A stretch of DNA of 63,996 bases, filler included, from a bacterium (GCA_040757115.1; 12 parts of 12 records of this genome joined end to end with filler, not necessarily neighbours in it), one strand, 5' to 3'. Counted from the first letter of the whole stretch, positions 10,963-21,211 are shown. Numbers and translations are program-made. Notes: generated from the sequence alone by a model not told the origin.

Positions 10963-11346
10963 ATGACATATTTGCAAAAGGAGGAAAATCTAAATATGGA
11001 TGAAAATTTAGAAACTCTAAGTTCAAATTGGATAAGAGGTAAGAATAAATTAATAGGTGAAAAAGCTGTTATTGATACAGTAAGCGGGAACAATATGAGT
11101 GTTGCAAGGTATACGATGCATGAAAAAATGAATGTGGCAAAACATTCTCATGGATATGAGCAGATTGTTTATGTTTTAAAAGGAAAGATGATTTTGACTA
11201 TTGAAGATAAAGATTTCACAATGAAAAGTGGAGATATTCAAGTTATTTTAAGTGAACAAGAACATTCTGCCAGTATAGTTGATGTGCCATATCAATGTAT
11301 CGAGTTTTATAGTCCTAAAAGAAATGATATGCAATTGAATAAATAA
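10963..11346 (+). CDS. Cupin domain protein
   Basis: HSHGYEQIVYVLKG and EHS cupin metal-binding motifs. Confidence 0.88.
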   Translation: MTYLQKEENLNMDENLETLSSNWIRGKNKLIGEKAVIDTVSGNNMSVARYTMHEKMNVAKHSHGYEQIVYVLKGKMILTIEDKDFTMKSGDIQVILSEQEHSASIVDVPYQCIEFYSPKRNDMQLNK

Positions 11347-11378
11347 TTTATAACAATAAAAAACTAAGGAGTATATTT

Positions 11379-12353
11379 ATGTTTAAAGAAGGATATGAAA
11401 AATTTAAAGAAAGTGTTATTGAACTAGATATTATACCAAAGGAAACTAAAAAAATAATTATAGGGATGTCTGGTGGAAAAGATACAGTAGTTATGACTCA
11501 TTTTTTATTGGAATACAAAAAACATGAACGCCCAGACATTGAATTAGAGATGTGGACTGCTCCAGTTCCACACTGGGAACAAATGCCAGAAAAGTTATTT
11601 AATACATCACTTGATGAAAATCAAAAAGCATTACTTATTAAGCAGAAAAAAGTGATGGATGATTTTAAAGCATACTGGGCTAATTTACTTGAATGCAAAA
11701 TCATTCCTGTGCAACAAGAACTTTATGAAGATCGCATTTTTAATATGGATTGGGGATGTATGATGTGTTTTAGTACAAAAATGAAAGCATTCCATAAATA
11801 TCTATTAGAGCAACTGTATGAAGATAATACCCTCTTCGCATTTGGGTGGACCAAATGGGATGCTCATTATACCTTACTTTCACATATGATGAAATCTGAT
11901 GGTTCAAAGTGGTTTGATGTAAAAAAGAATCAGATTCAAAAGTATAAATCTGATTGTGTGTTTTTAGCTTCATTTTCTGCATATCCTCGTGTAAATATAG
12001 GTATTCCAGGGAAAAAGATATTTAGAATTAATCCAATTATAGAATTTGATGATGGAGAGACATTTGTGATATCAAGAGAGTTTAAAATTCCAATTGTTAT
12101 TGATATTTGCAAAGAATTGTATGGTGAAATGTTTGATCAGGATAGAAGATATTTATCAAAGTATCTGGAAATATATTCTAGAAATCAATCTCGATTAAAA
12201 CTTTCTAATGATTCATTGTTATACAGTTATAGAAATTTAGTAAAGTTTTTAAGAGATACAGAAATACTTCCACCTCTTGAAGAAATTGAAGGGATAATGT
12301 ATAACGCGTACAATTCTAATTTTGATGAAGTATTTGAGTTGCTAAAAAAATAA
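11379..12353 (+). CDS. PP-loop (TtcA/TilS-fold) adenylating enzyme, divergent
   Basis: IIGMSGGKD PP-loop, CMMC motif, RINPI. Confidence 0.7.
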   Translation: MFKEGYEKFKESVIELDIIPKETKKIIIGMSGGKDTVVMTHFLLEYKKHERPDIELEMWTAPVPHWEQMPEKLFNTSLDENQKALLIKQKKVMDDFKAYWANLLECKIIPVQQELYEDRIFNMDWGCMMCFSTKMKAFHKYLLEQLYEDNTLFAFGWTKWDAHYTLLSHMMKSDGSKWFDVKKNQIQKYKSDCVFLASFSAYPRVNIGIPGKKIFRINPIIEFDDGETFVISREFKIPIVIDICKELYGEMFDQDRRYLSKYLEIYSRNQSRLKLSNDSLLYSYRNLVKFLRDTEILPPLEEIEGIMYNAYNSNFDEVFELLKK

Positions 12354-12426
12354 AATTTATAGTCAGAAAAATGAGAATACTTTTATAATATTTAATATCT
12401 TCGAATTATCGTTAAGGAGATAAGAA

Positions 12427-13938
12427 ATGACATGTTTGCAAAAGGATGTTCTTTTAATTGGTGATACCTTTGTTGCCAATTTGCTAGCTAAAAAAAATCA
12501 AGATAATGGTATTGAACACATGGATAATACGACAAAACAATTCTTACCAAGTGCAGCATTTGAAGATTCGTTTTTTAACGCTTTAAGGGAAGACTTTCAA
12601 CAAATCACTCTATCTGATACCATAGAAGATTTGTTAAATAACTCAATTAATCCAGCAGGACTACATCTTTCATCAATTCTTGAGAAGGAAGGCTTTTCAT
12701 ATGATGTAATTAATTGTTCATTAAAACATCATGAAAAATTAGTTAGCTTTTTAAAAAGTACAAAATATAGAGTAATTGGAATATCAACTACATTCACATT
12801 AGATAGAGCATATATTCTTAATTTAATAGATTTGATAAAGAGAAATGCACCTACATCTAAAATAATAGTTGGGGGCATATTTATTGTTAAATTATTTAAA
12901 CTGCAAAAAAAAGAAATATTGCAAAAAGAGTTATCGTTATTAAATGCTGACTACTTTGTATTTAACGAGATAGGAGAGCAATCATTAATCGATATTCTAA
13001 ATTATGAGCAATACTCTAAACCTGATATTCAGAAGGTATTAAACATTGCATATAAAACTGAAAGTGGTTTTATAATTAATTCATATAAAACAAATGATAT
13101 TGATACCTCTATTAGCAACTGGATATTATCAAATAACACAAACTATGCTTTTTTACGCACATCGATATCTTGTTTGTTTAAGTGCAAGTTTTGTGATTTC
13201 CCTCTTATAGCAGATAAGTATAAATCAAAATCAATTGAGGTTATACAACAAGAGTTTAAAAATATTGAAAAGGCTGGTATTAAATACATTCATTTTTTAG
13301 ACGACACCTTTAATATACCAAAGCAACATTTTTATACCATATTAAATGAGCTTGCTATCAAAGGTTATAATTTTGAATGGGTTGCCTATATTAGATGTCA
13401 GCATCTTGATAATGAGACAGTTAGCTTAATGAAAGAAACTGGATGTATTGGCGTTTTTTTAGGGCTTGAGTCAGGTAATAATGATGTGTTAAAAAACATG
13501 AATAAAGGTGCAACTGTAGAAAAATATCTTGATGGGATTTCATTTTTACATAAGTATGAAATTCCGACTTACGGTGCTTTTATTATCGGATTTCCTGGAG
13601 AAACTAATAAAAGTATTGAGGATACAATTAGGTTCATAAAACAAGCTAGGTTACAATATTATCGATTATTTTTGTGGTTTTATGATCTTCGATGTCCAAT
13701 AGCACATGAAGCTGTAAAATATTCACTTGAAGGTTCAGGATATAAGTGGAAACATTCAACAATGACATCAGATGAGGCTGTAGAAAAATGTAAATTTATA
13801 TGGAAAGAAGTAAATAATTCTATCCATTGTACAATTCCCTTTGATTACACCTTTTATTTAAATAGAAATGTCAACACTAAAGATATCTTCAATGAGTGCT
13901 TAAGGCGTTTTAATGAACGGAATGCAAGCCAATTCTAA
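12427..13938 (+). CDS. Cobalamin-dependent radical SAM methyltransferase, PhpK-like
   Basis: B12-binding domain (IGISTTF, KIIVGG), RTSISCLFKCKFCDFP (CxxxCxxC), FLDDTFNIP, GVFLGLESG, FIIGFPGET and WKHSTMTSDEA. Confidence 0.8.
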   Translation: MTCLQKDVLLIGDTFVANLLAKKNQDNGIEHMDNTTKQFLPSAAFEDSFFNALREDFQQITLSDTIEDLLNNSINPAGLHLSSILEKEGFSYDVINCSLKHHEKLVSFLKSTKYRVIGISTTFTLDRAYILNLIDLIKRNAPTSKIIVGGIFIVKLFKLQKKEILQKELSLLNADYFVFNEIGEQSLIDILNYEQYSKPDIQKVLNIAYKTESGFIINSYKTNDIDTSISNWILSNNTNYAFLRTSISCLFKCKFCDFPLIADKYKSKSIEVIQQEFKNIEKAGIKYIHFLDDTFNIPKQHFYTILNELAIKGYNFEWVAYIRCQHLDNETVSLMKETGCIGVFLGLESGNNDVLKNMNKGATVEKYLDGISFLHKYEIPTYGAFIIGFPGETNKSIEDTIRFIKQARLQYYRLFLWFYDLRCPIAHEAVKYSLEGSGYKWKHSTMTSDEAVEKCKFIWKEVNNSIHCTIPFDYTFYLNRNVNTKDIFNECLRRFNERNASQF

Positions 13939-14021
13939 AGGGTACGACATCTCGGGGCATCCATATAAAATATCTTTCGATGTTACGTCTAATTTCGACA
14001 AACGAAAGATATTAAAAAAAT

Positions 14022-14213
14022 GTAACTGTTCAGGTAGTATGGGAAAGTACATAACTATAATGTAACCTAAAGGTTAAGTGTTTACTTACTCTTAACAATG
14101 GTCCAAAAATTGACTAAAAATAGTTAAAAAACCGATGGATTTAACCTTCATGAAACACAAGATGTAGTGGAATTAGCATAATTAATCCATCTATACAGTG
14201 GCTGAACGGTTAC
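14022..14213. mobile_element. IS66-type MITE
   Basis: GTAACTGTTCAG ... CTGAACGGTTAC, with AAAAAAT duplicated on both sides. Confidence 0.75.
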
Positions 14214-14218
14214 AAAAA

Positions 14219-15034
14219 ATGATGGAAGTTAAAAGAGAATTAAAAAATAATTTTGATGTTAAGGGCGGCTTTGATGAATTATCTGAATTCTACGATTCAG
14301 ATGAATTGCGCTTCTTTTTAGACAGCTCCAAACTAATGGTTAAGGAACTTGACCTGACGGGTGTTAAAAATATTTTAGATGTAGCAACAGGTACAGGTCA
14401 TACTGCCATTGAAATGGCAAAAATTATACCCTACGGTAGTATAACTGGAATTGATATTTCTCGTTCTATGCTTGAAAAAGCAGAATTTAAAAGGGGCAAT
14501 TTATCTAATGTTGAGTTTAAGCAGCATGATATGACGTTTTTAGAATTGCTATATGGTAAATATGATCTTATTACTTGTTCGTTTGGGACATACTTTGCTA
14601 AGGACATGGTTCAATTCTTCAAAAGTGTATTCGATAAATTAACTGAAGATGGGAAAATTGTATTACTTAACTTTGCAGAGGAATCATTTATGCCATACGG
14701 TATGTTGTTTGTTAAAGATTTAGGGAAAATGGGTTTTTTCAAAGAATTTCCACCGTCATTTTCTATTCAAAATCGTAGATGTTTAGATAGTTTGAATATG
14801 GCGAAATTCGAAAATGTCAAAATAATAGAAAAACAATTGCAATATACAATAAAAAATCCGGCAGAATGGTGGAAAATTATATGGGGTACAGCATGCAGGA
14901 GTTTTTTAGCAGATTTATCACTTCAAGATATAGAAGTCTTTAAAGATTATCATCTAAAAAAAATAAAAACAATGATTGATGAAGGTATAAATACATATAA
15001 GGTCAATATATTAATTATAATTGGAACCAAATAG
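14219..15034 (+). CDS. Class I SAM-dependent methyltransferase (UbiE-like)
   Basis: ILDVATGTG, GIDISRSML and YDLITC motifs. True start is probably ATG 14219, because the upstream codons lie in the MITE. Confidence 0.88.
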   Translation: MMEVKRELKNNFDVKGGFDELSEFYDSDELRFFLDSSKLMVKELDLTGVKNILDVATGTGHTAIEMAKIIPYGSITGIDISRSMLEKAEFKRGNLSNVEFKQHDMTFLELLYGKYDLITCSFGTYFAKDMVQFFKSVFDKLTEDGKIVLLNFAEESFMPYGMLFVKDLGKMGFFKEFPPSFSIQNRRCLDSLNMAKFENVKIIEKQLQYTIKNPAEWWKIIWGTACRSFLADLSLQDIEVFKDYHLKKIKTMIDEGINTYKVNILIIIGTK

Positions 15035-15052
15035 GAAGTATAGGAAGATAAA

Positions 15053-16039
15053 ATGAAACTAAATACCAGTGTAAAATATATGGATTATTATATCCCAGAA
15101 AAAACTGTTTCTGTTGATGAAATATTATCGATGAATAAAAACATTTCAATTGATTCTGTTAATAACTATGACGAGTTTGTTCAACAATTTAGAAAACAAA
15201 GTGGACTGGACAGGATTGCTGTTTTAGATTCAAAAGATAATTTGGCTAACATAGCATCTGATATGGTAGATAAGCTTTTTCAAAATACAGACATAAAACC
15301 ATCAGAGATAAAGTATTTAGTCTGCGGAAATCGTGTTTTAATGGATGATAATATCTCTACGATACATTATATACAAAAGAAATTTAATCTTGAAAATGCG
15401 GTTATTTTGCCTATATTTCAAGACTGTGCCTCAACACTAATTGCGATGGGAATATCTGAGAAATTATTAAATAAAAGTGCTAAAGAATATATGCTCGTTT
15501 TAACAGCAAGAAAATGTCCAGATATCAAAGGTAGGTATGTTGGTTTTACGGTAATGGGTGACGGGCTATCACTAGTATTGATTGAAAACAAACCAGGTAG
15601 GATTAACATAACAAACTGGTGTTCATATAATAATGGGGTAAGTAGTTATAGCAAAATGGAAGGTTCGGCTAAGAGTTTAAGTGTAATTAATTTACAGATG
15701 AATATTATCACCAGTGGTGTTTCATTTTTACAAAGGTCTATGAAAAAAATTGATATTATGATGGAAAATATAGATAAAATTATTCATCCAAATACTAATT
15801 ATGATGTATTTCATGAACTTTATAGTAATTTACTAAATATTGAACCAACAAAGTTTTACCTTGACAATATACGAAATGGCGGCCATATTAATGATGTGGA
15901 TCTTGTTAGAAATACTAAGGATTATATATATAAAAACAAATCCCAAAAAAAAAGAATGAATGTGTTAATTTATGGTATAGATCTTGTTCAATCACTTGAT
16001 ATAAATTACCATATCATAACTCTGGAAATCAGTTTATAA
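15053..16039 (+). CDS. 3-oxoacyl-ACP synthase III (KASIII/FabH)-like enzyme
   Basis: QDCAS catalytic Cys, MGDG, IIHPN and GHINDVD. Confidence 0.75.
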   Translation: MKLNTSVKYMDYYIPEKTVSVDEILSMNKNISIDSVNNYDEFVQQFRKQSGLDRIAVLDSKDNLANIASDMVDKLFQNTDIKPSEIKYLVCGNRVLMDDNISTIHYIQKKFNLENAVILPIFQDCASTLIAMGISEKLLNKSAKEYMLVLTARKCPDIKGRYVGFTVMGDGLSLVLIENKPGRINITNWCSYNNGVSSYSKMEGSAKSLSVINLQMNIITSGVSFLQRSMKKIDIMMENIDKIIHPNTNYDVFHELYSNLLNIEPTKFYLDNIRNGGHINDVDLVRNTKDYIYKNKSQKKRMNVLIYGIDLVQSLDINYHIITLEISL

Positions 16040-16073
16040 GGTAACTGCAAAAATCTAATAAGGAGGATATGAT

Positions 16074-16736
16074 ATGAACATGTTTAAAAAATTAGTTGAT
16101 TTTTATCTTCAACAAGATGAAGTAGAAGTATTATTAAGGCACTGTGACGTTGAAGAAATAATATTTTTTGTTTTAGGTCCTAATGGAACACATATAAATA
16201 TGGCAGCTAATGAATGGGCAAAAAAAATAAATGTTTTTAATAAATCAGTTTTTCATTTTGTAGAAACACTAGAAATAGCTGTATTAAAGGCAAAAGAAGT
16301 AGTTGATGTCCATAGACTTCCTATTTTTGTAACGTGTGCCGTTTATGATAAATTAAACAAACTATTTTTTGGAAATCCTGATTGTTACTTTTTTCTACAT
16401 CACCATTACATGCGATTAGATAATATACAGCTATCTGCTAGAAAAAAGGTTGATATTATACCACCAGAATGGATAATCGCATCTCACCCGTCACCAAAAT
16501 TTCTAGTTACCCACCTACCAAATAGAATCATAGAAACCTCATCAAATTCAAAGGCAGCAATACTATGTGCCGAAGGGAAAGTCGATTGCTGTATTACAAA
16601 CGAGACATCAAAAAATCTCTATAACTTGGAGACGATTTTTCATTTTGGGAAGCCAATATTACCATTTTATTTTTCAACCACATTATCTGGCATAAAGATT
16701 CTTAAAAAAATAAAGGCTCTGCAAAAAAAATCATGA
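16074..16736 (+). CDS. BacA/AerD-like prephenate decarboxylase (prephenate dehydratase fold)
   Basis: LGPNGT, CAVY, ASHPSP, SNSKAA and CITNE motifs; 220 aa with no ACT domain. Confidence 0.6.
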   Translation: MNMFKKLVDFYLQQDEVEVLLRHCDVEEIIFFVLGPNGTHINMAANEWAKKINVFNKSVFHFVETLEIAVLKAKEVVDVHRLPIFVTCAVYDKLNKLFFGNPDCYFFLHHHYMRLDNIQLSARKKVDIIPPEWIIASHPSPKFLVTHLPNRIIETSSNSKAAILCAEGKVDCCITNETSKNLYNLETIFHFGKPILPFYFSTTLSGIKILKKIKALQKKS

Positions 16737-16777
16737 TTTTCTGGGGAGCAGATGCTATTATACTGAGGGAATAAATT

Positions 16778-18353
16778 ATGAATAGGTTGGATGAAATAAT
16801 TAATATCAGAAAAGAGTCTAATGAAATAGCTATTATCCATAAGAATAAATTTATTAGCTATAAAGAGTTATTTATTTATGCATCTAATTTAAGTAATATC
16901 ATATGTGAGAATAAAACTGGAGTATCCCCAAATATAGTTATTTATCTTGAAAAATCAATAGAATATATTATCAGTATTTTCGGCATATTAAAGTCTGGGG
17001 CTACTTATATACCAATAGATTATCAAATTCCGCTTGAGCGTTTGAACTATATTATTAAGAACTGTAATTCATCCTTTATCATTACTAATAGCAATGGAGT
17101 TAAAAAGTTAAGAAATCAAATATATAGTAATATGAAATTTATTATTATTGATGATTTCAAGAATGATACACAACCAGAATTAAATAATAATCCAAATTTA
17201 ATTTATTGGTATAACAAGGACAAAAAAGATTATTTCGATAATAAAAACTACAATGCGGAGATTGCCTATATAATTTACACTTCTGGTTCAACGGGACATC
17301 CGAAAGGAGTAATGATAAAAAATGAAAGTGTAGTAGCTTTTATTTTATCTATAATAGAATTAGTTTCTTATAATAGTGAGACACGATATTTAAATGTTTC
17401 TCCATTACATTTTGATGCTTCAGTTGTTGATATTTTTTGCACATTATATGCTGGTGGAACTCTTATTTTAATGGATAATTTTGTTTTACCAAATAGTCTC
17501 TTAGCAACTATGCAAGATCAAAGGATTACTGATACTCTTTTAGTGTCCTCAATTCTTAAATTACTCACTAGCAGATACAGTAAGTTGGAATCATTTGACT
17601 TAACCCATTTAAAAACTATTTGGTATGGAGCTGAGTCATGTCCAGTGAAAGTAATAAAGGAAATCAAGAAAAAACTACCAAATATTAGATTTATACATGG
17701 ATATGGGCCTACAGAGGCCACTCATACCACAACTTTATATATTTTTGATGAAATTGATAATAATTAATGAAGACTTTATGCCTATAGGAAAACCATTACC
17801 AAATGTAGAAGTATTTGCTCTTAATGATGTTGGAAATGAAATCATGCCTGGAGAAGTTGGAGAGTTGTATATTGGAGGTGTTCAACTATTTGCAGGTTAT
17901 TGTAATGATATTCAAAAAACAGAATCAGTAATAGTAAATAAGATTTTAGAGAAGAAGGGCAGATTTTACAAGACAGGTGATTATGTAACTATTGATAGTG
18001 AGGGCAATTATATTTTTAAAGGTAGAAAAGATGATATGATTAAAATTGCTGGACAACTAATATATTTAAAAGAAATTGAGAAAGTTTTGTTGTCATATAA
18101 CAAAATAATAGATTCATTTGTATATCATATTGATGATGAATTATTTAATTCCAAAATTATTGCTTTTATTGTAAGTCAATCAACTGATGCCATTCTTGAA
18201 TCAGAATTAATCAATTATCTAACAAATAAACTACCTAAATACATGATTCCAGCAAAATTTCATTTTTTAAATGCTGAAGAAATCCCTAAATCATCTACTG
18301 GTAAAATTGATAGACAATCCCTTATCGATTTAGCAAAACAAATAATTAATTAG
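16778..18353 (+). pseudogene. Stand-alone amino acid adenylation (NRPS A) domain, frameshifted near 17760
   Basis: YIIYTSGSTGHPKG, FDAS and YGPTE in 16778-17767; GELYIGG, YKTGD, GRKDD and PKSSTGKIDR in 17697-18353. Confidence 0.85.
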
Positions 18354-18362
18354 GAGGCAATA

Positions 18363-18656
18363 ATGGACTTAGAACAATTTTTTGAAGTGAATAAAAGAGT
18401 TAATTTAACCTGGTTTTATCCAAAGATATGTAAGTTTCAAGATCAAAAAGAAGAAGATTCCGTTTTTTTTCAATTTTTAGAAACTGATAAACCCAAAGCT
18501 CCTTTTCTTTTATATATACATATACCATTTTGCGAATCTTTTTGTGCTTACTGCGCTTGCTTTAAAGAAAATGTTTATAAATATAGTAGAGAAGAAAGAG
18601 TCCAATTTGTTAATGCAATGATTAAAGAATTACAAAAATATGCAAGCACTCCTTGA
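18363..18656 (+). pseudogene. HemN-like (class C) radical SAM enzyme, 3'-truncated
   Basis: LYIHIPFCESFCAYC motif; fused directly to IS1634 sequence at ~18652. Confidence 0.8.
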
Positions 18657-19432
18657 TTGTCATTCTACCGCTAAAGAGAAGAAAGAGGGGGGATAAAGGA
18701 TTTATTCAGGCAACGGTTTGAAGAAGGATTAAAGAATATCCAGGCAGGTCTTTGTAAAAGGAATGGCACCAAGAAATATGAAAAGGTTATTGAAAGAATA
18801 GGACGGTTGAAAGAGAAGTTCAAGCAGGTAGCCCATTATTATGAGATTAGTATTGAGACAGATAGTAAGATGAAGAAGATTGTTGCCATTAGCTGGTATG
18901 AAAAGGAAAGAGAAGGTAATGAGGGTGTGTATTGTATACGAACCAACATAAATGGTTTCAATGAGCAAGAGATGTGGAATATTTGGACAATGCTTACCGA
19001 TGTAGAGGATGCTTTTAGATGTATGAAATCTGAATTGGGGTTAAGACCTGTCAATCACCAGAGAGAAGATAGAGTAGATGGGCATCTTTTTATTACGGTT
19101 CTTGCTTATCATATTGGACACACTATTCGTTTTAAATTACGTCAACAGGGCACACATTATAATGGGGCAACTATTCGTCAGTTATTGTCTACCCATGTAA
19201 GGATACCTACAACGATGAAGAGAAAAGATGGTAAGTTAATTCAGATAAGGAAGTCTTCAGTATCTGAATTATCTCACAAAGAAATCTACGAGGCTTTAAA
19301 TTTATCTTATCAACTGGGTAAAACTATTAAATTGATTTTGTGAGCATACAAACTATAGTGTCAAAACTCAATTTCTCTATTCTGTAACCTATTGATAATA
19401 CAAGACTTATTTTTTGAAAGTATGAAGTTGGG
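18652..19432 (+). mobile_element. IS1634-family transposase 3' remnant with right end
   Basis: CHSTAKEKKE, EGVYCIRTN and VEDAFRCMKSELGLRPVNHQREDRVDGHLFITVLAY; ends AAGTTGGG. Confidence 0.85.
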
Positions 19433-19439
19433 TTAAAGA

Positions 19440-19575
19440 TAATAAAGGTGCTAAAAAATGGATTCAAAGGACCCCACTGATGGCTGTGGGGAAGACTGAC
19501 CATAGATGGACTCTTTTAGAGTTAGTGACTTATAAAATACCACCTGTTTCTCGTTGTTAATTGTATTAGGACACG
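19440..19575 (+). mobile_element. IS1-family transposase C-terminal remnant
   Basis: KWIQRTPLMAVGKTDHRWTLLEL, matching the TPAMAAGLTDHxW pattern. Confidence 0.6.
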
Positions 19576-19806
19576 GAGGGAAATTGGAACTTGGAATTTA
19601 TTTGAGATTTGGTGCTTGAAATTTGGAATTTTTGCATTGAAGTACATCTGTTTCTTCAAATGGCTAAAGTGTTACAATTTTCCCCATTTTCCCACAGAAA
19701 GTGGGAGAGGTAAACCAAATTTTCATAACTATGTGAAAAATAGAGACTTAAAAGAAATTTGAATAAAAATTTTTGACAATACCAAAAATATAAAAGGGTA
19801 ATTTGT

Positions 19807-21189
19807 ATGATTCAAGAATTATTTAACAATTCATTTATCGTTTCAACCAGAAAACTAACAATTCAAAGATTTAAAAACTGGATGTGTAAAAAAAATGGCT
19901 ATTACATTACTGTTTTTAATGAGGCATTAGTATCTCAAATTAAAAAAAATGATTTATATATTAATTTTGATACAATGCAAATCATGAGCAAAGAAAAAAA
20001 TCAATATGGACTAAGGATCGATGGGAATGTTTTATTATTGAGTAATAATGAAATGAATACTAGAGATCTTTATTATATTTATGATAAAAATGCTAATTTA
20101 TTTATAATATTTAATAATTTACTTTTGGCAAAAGAAATTTTATTGAAATCCGGACTGTCTTTAGAATATGATTATAATAAAATTTATGAGAATGGAAGTT
20201 ATTTTAAGCATATACAATTGCTTGAACATTCCGAAGTGATAACAATTAACAATCAAAACGGAACAATAACATTAACCAAAACAAAATTAGAAGATGTGTT
20301 AATTCAAATTAAAGTTAATAATCTATATACCATAGAAGCTGTTAATCAAAAATTATTAAATATATTAATTGAAACTACAGAAATACTAACCCGAAATTAT
20401 GATAATGTTTCAATTCTTTTATCCGGAGGTTTGGATTCTGCAACTATTGCCTATATTTTAAAAAAATTGAATAAGAATGTAACAGCATATACAGTAGGTA
20501 CAGAGTGGGATAATGAATATGAAGATGCAGCAAAGATTGCTAAGTATATTAATATAAACCTTAACAAAATATTTCTATCCAAAGAAGAGATGTTAAGAGA
20601 AATCCCTTATATTATTGCTTTTTTAGGGTTTAACAATGATGAGAACATAGAAATTTCATTAGTTCCGCAGTGTCTATTTAGAAAAATCAGCGAGCTCTAT
20701 CCAGATCGAAAAATACTTTTTGCCACCGGTTTTGGTGCTGATCTCATTAATGCCGGTATTTATCATGAATTTAATGATTATGATGCATTAAAGGAGCAAT
20801 TAATTCAAGTATTATATAAGACTAGAATGAGTAATGAGTTATATAGTAATTTGTTTTTCAACAATAACAGTTATTTTCCTAATATAAATGTTGTGCATCC
20901 GTTTTGGAATATTGAGGTTATAAAGGAATCTTTAAGGATTCCAACTGAATTTAAAATACAAAACAATATTGGCAAATACTTCTTTAGAAAAATGATGGAA
21001 GAGCATTTGGGGAAAGAAAATGCTTGGAGGTCTAAACAGGCTATACATCAGGGGACAGGTATAAGTGCAAATTTGAAAACAATAATATTAGATAAGAATG
21101 AAATTTTACAGAATGATGATTATAAATTATATTATAAGGACTTACATAAAAAACTATTTTTTGAAAATGATTTTTCACTGTTAAAATAG
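19807..21189 (+). CDS. Beta-lactam synthetase/CarA-like enzyme (asparagine synthase superfamily)
   Basis: LSGGLDS, VGTEWDNEY, TGFGADL, KTRMSNEL, HPFW and WRSKQAIHQG; no N-terminal Cys1. Confidence 0.75.
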   Translation: MIQELFNNSFIVSTRKLTIQRFKNWMCKKNGYYITVFNEALVSQIKKNDLYINFDTMQIMSKEKNQYGLRIDGNVLLLSNNEMNTRDLYYIYDKNANLFIIFNNLLLAKEILLKSGLSLEYDYNKIYENGSYFKHIQLLEHSEVITINNQNGTITLTKTKLEDVLIQIKVNNLYTIEAVNQKLLNILIETTEILTRNYDNVSILLSGGLDSATIAYILKKLNKNVTAYTVGTEWDNEYEDAAKIAKYININLNKIFLSKEEMLREIPYIIAFLGFNNDENIEISLVPQCLFRKISELYPDRKILFATGFGADLINAGIYHEFNDYDALKEQLIQVLYKTRMSNELYSNLFFNNNSYFPNINVVHPFWNIEVIKESLRIPTEFKIQNNIGKYFFRKMMEEHLGKENAWRSKQAIHQGTGISANLKTIILDKNEILQNDDYKLYYKDLHKKLFFENDFSLLK

Positions 21190-21211
21190 TTATAAAAAGT
21201 GGATTATAAAA

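Noticed and set aside
17740-17775. Programmed frameshift in the A-domain gene
   Set aside because: No canonical slippery heptamer or stimulatory structure at the junction. Neighbouring lesions favour a simple indel or a sequencing error.
19807-21189. Calling the cluster a classical carbapenem, clavam or lasso-peptide cluster
   Set aside because: No CarB/ThnE crotonase, CarC/CAS oxygenase, lasso peptidase/RRE or precursor peptide is visible.
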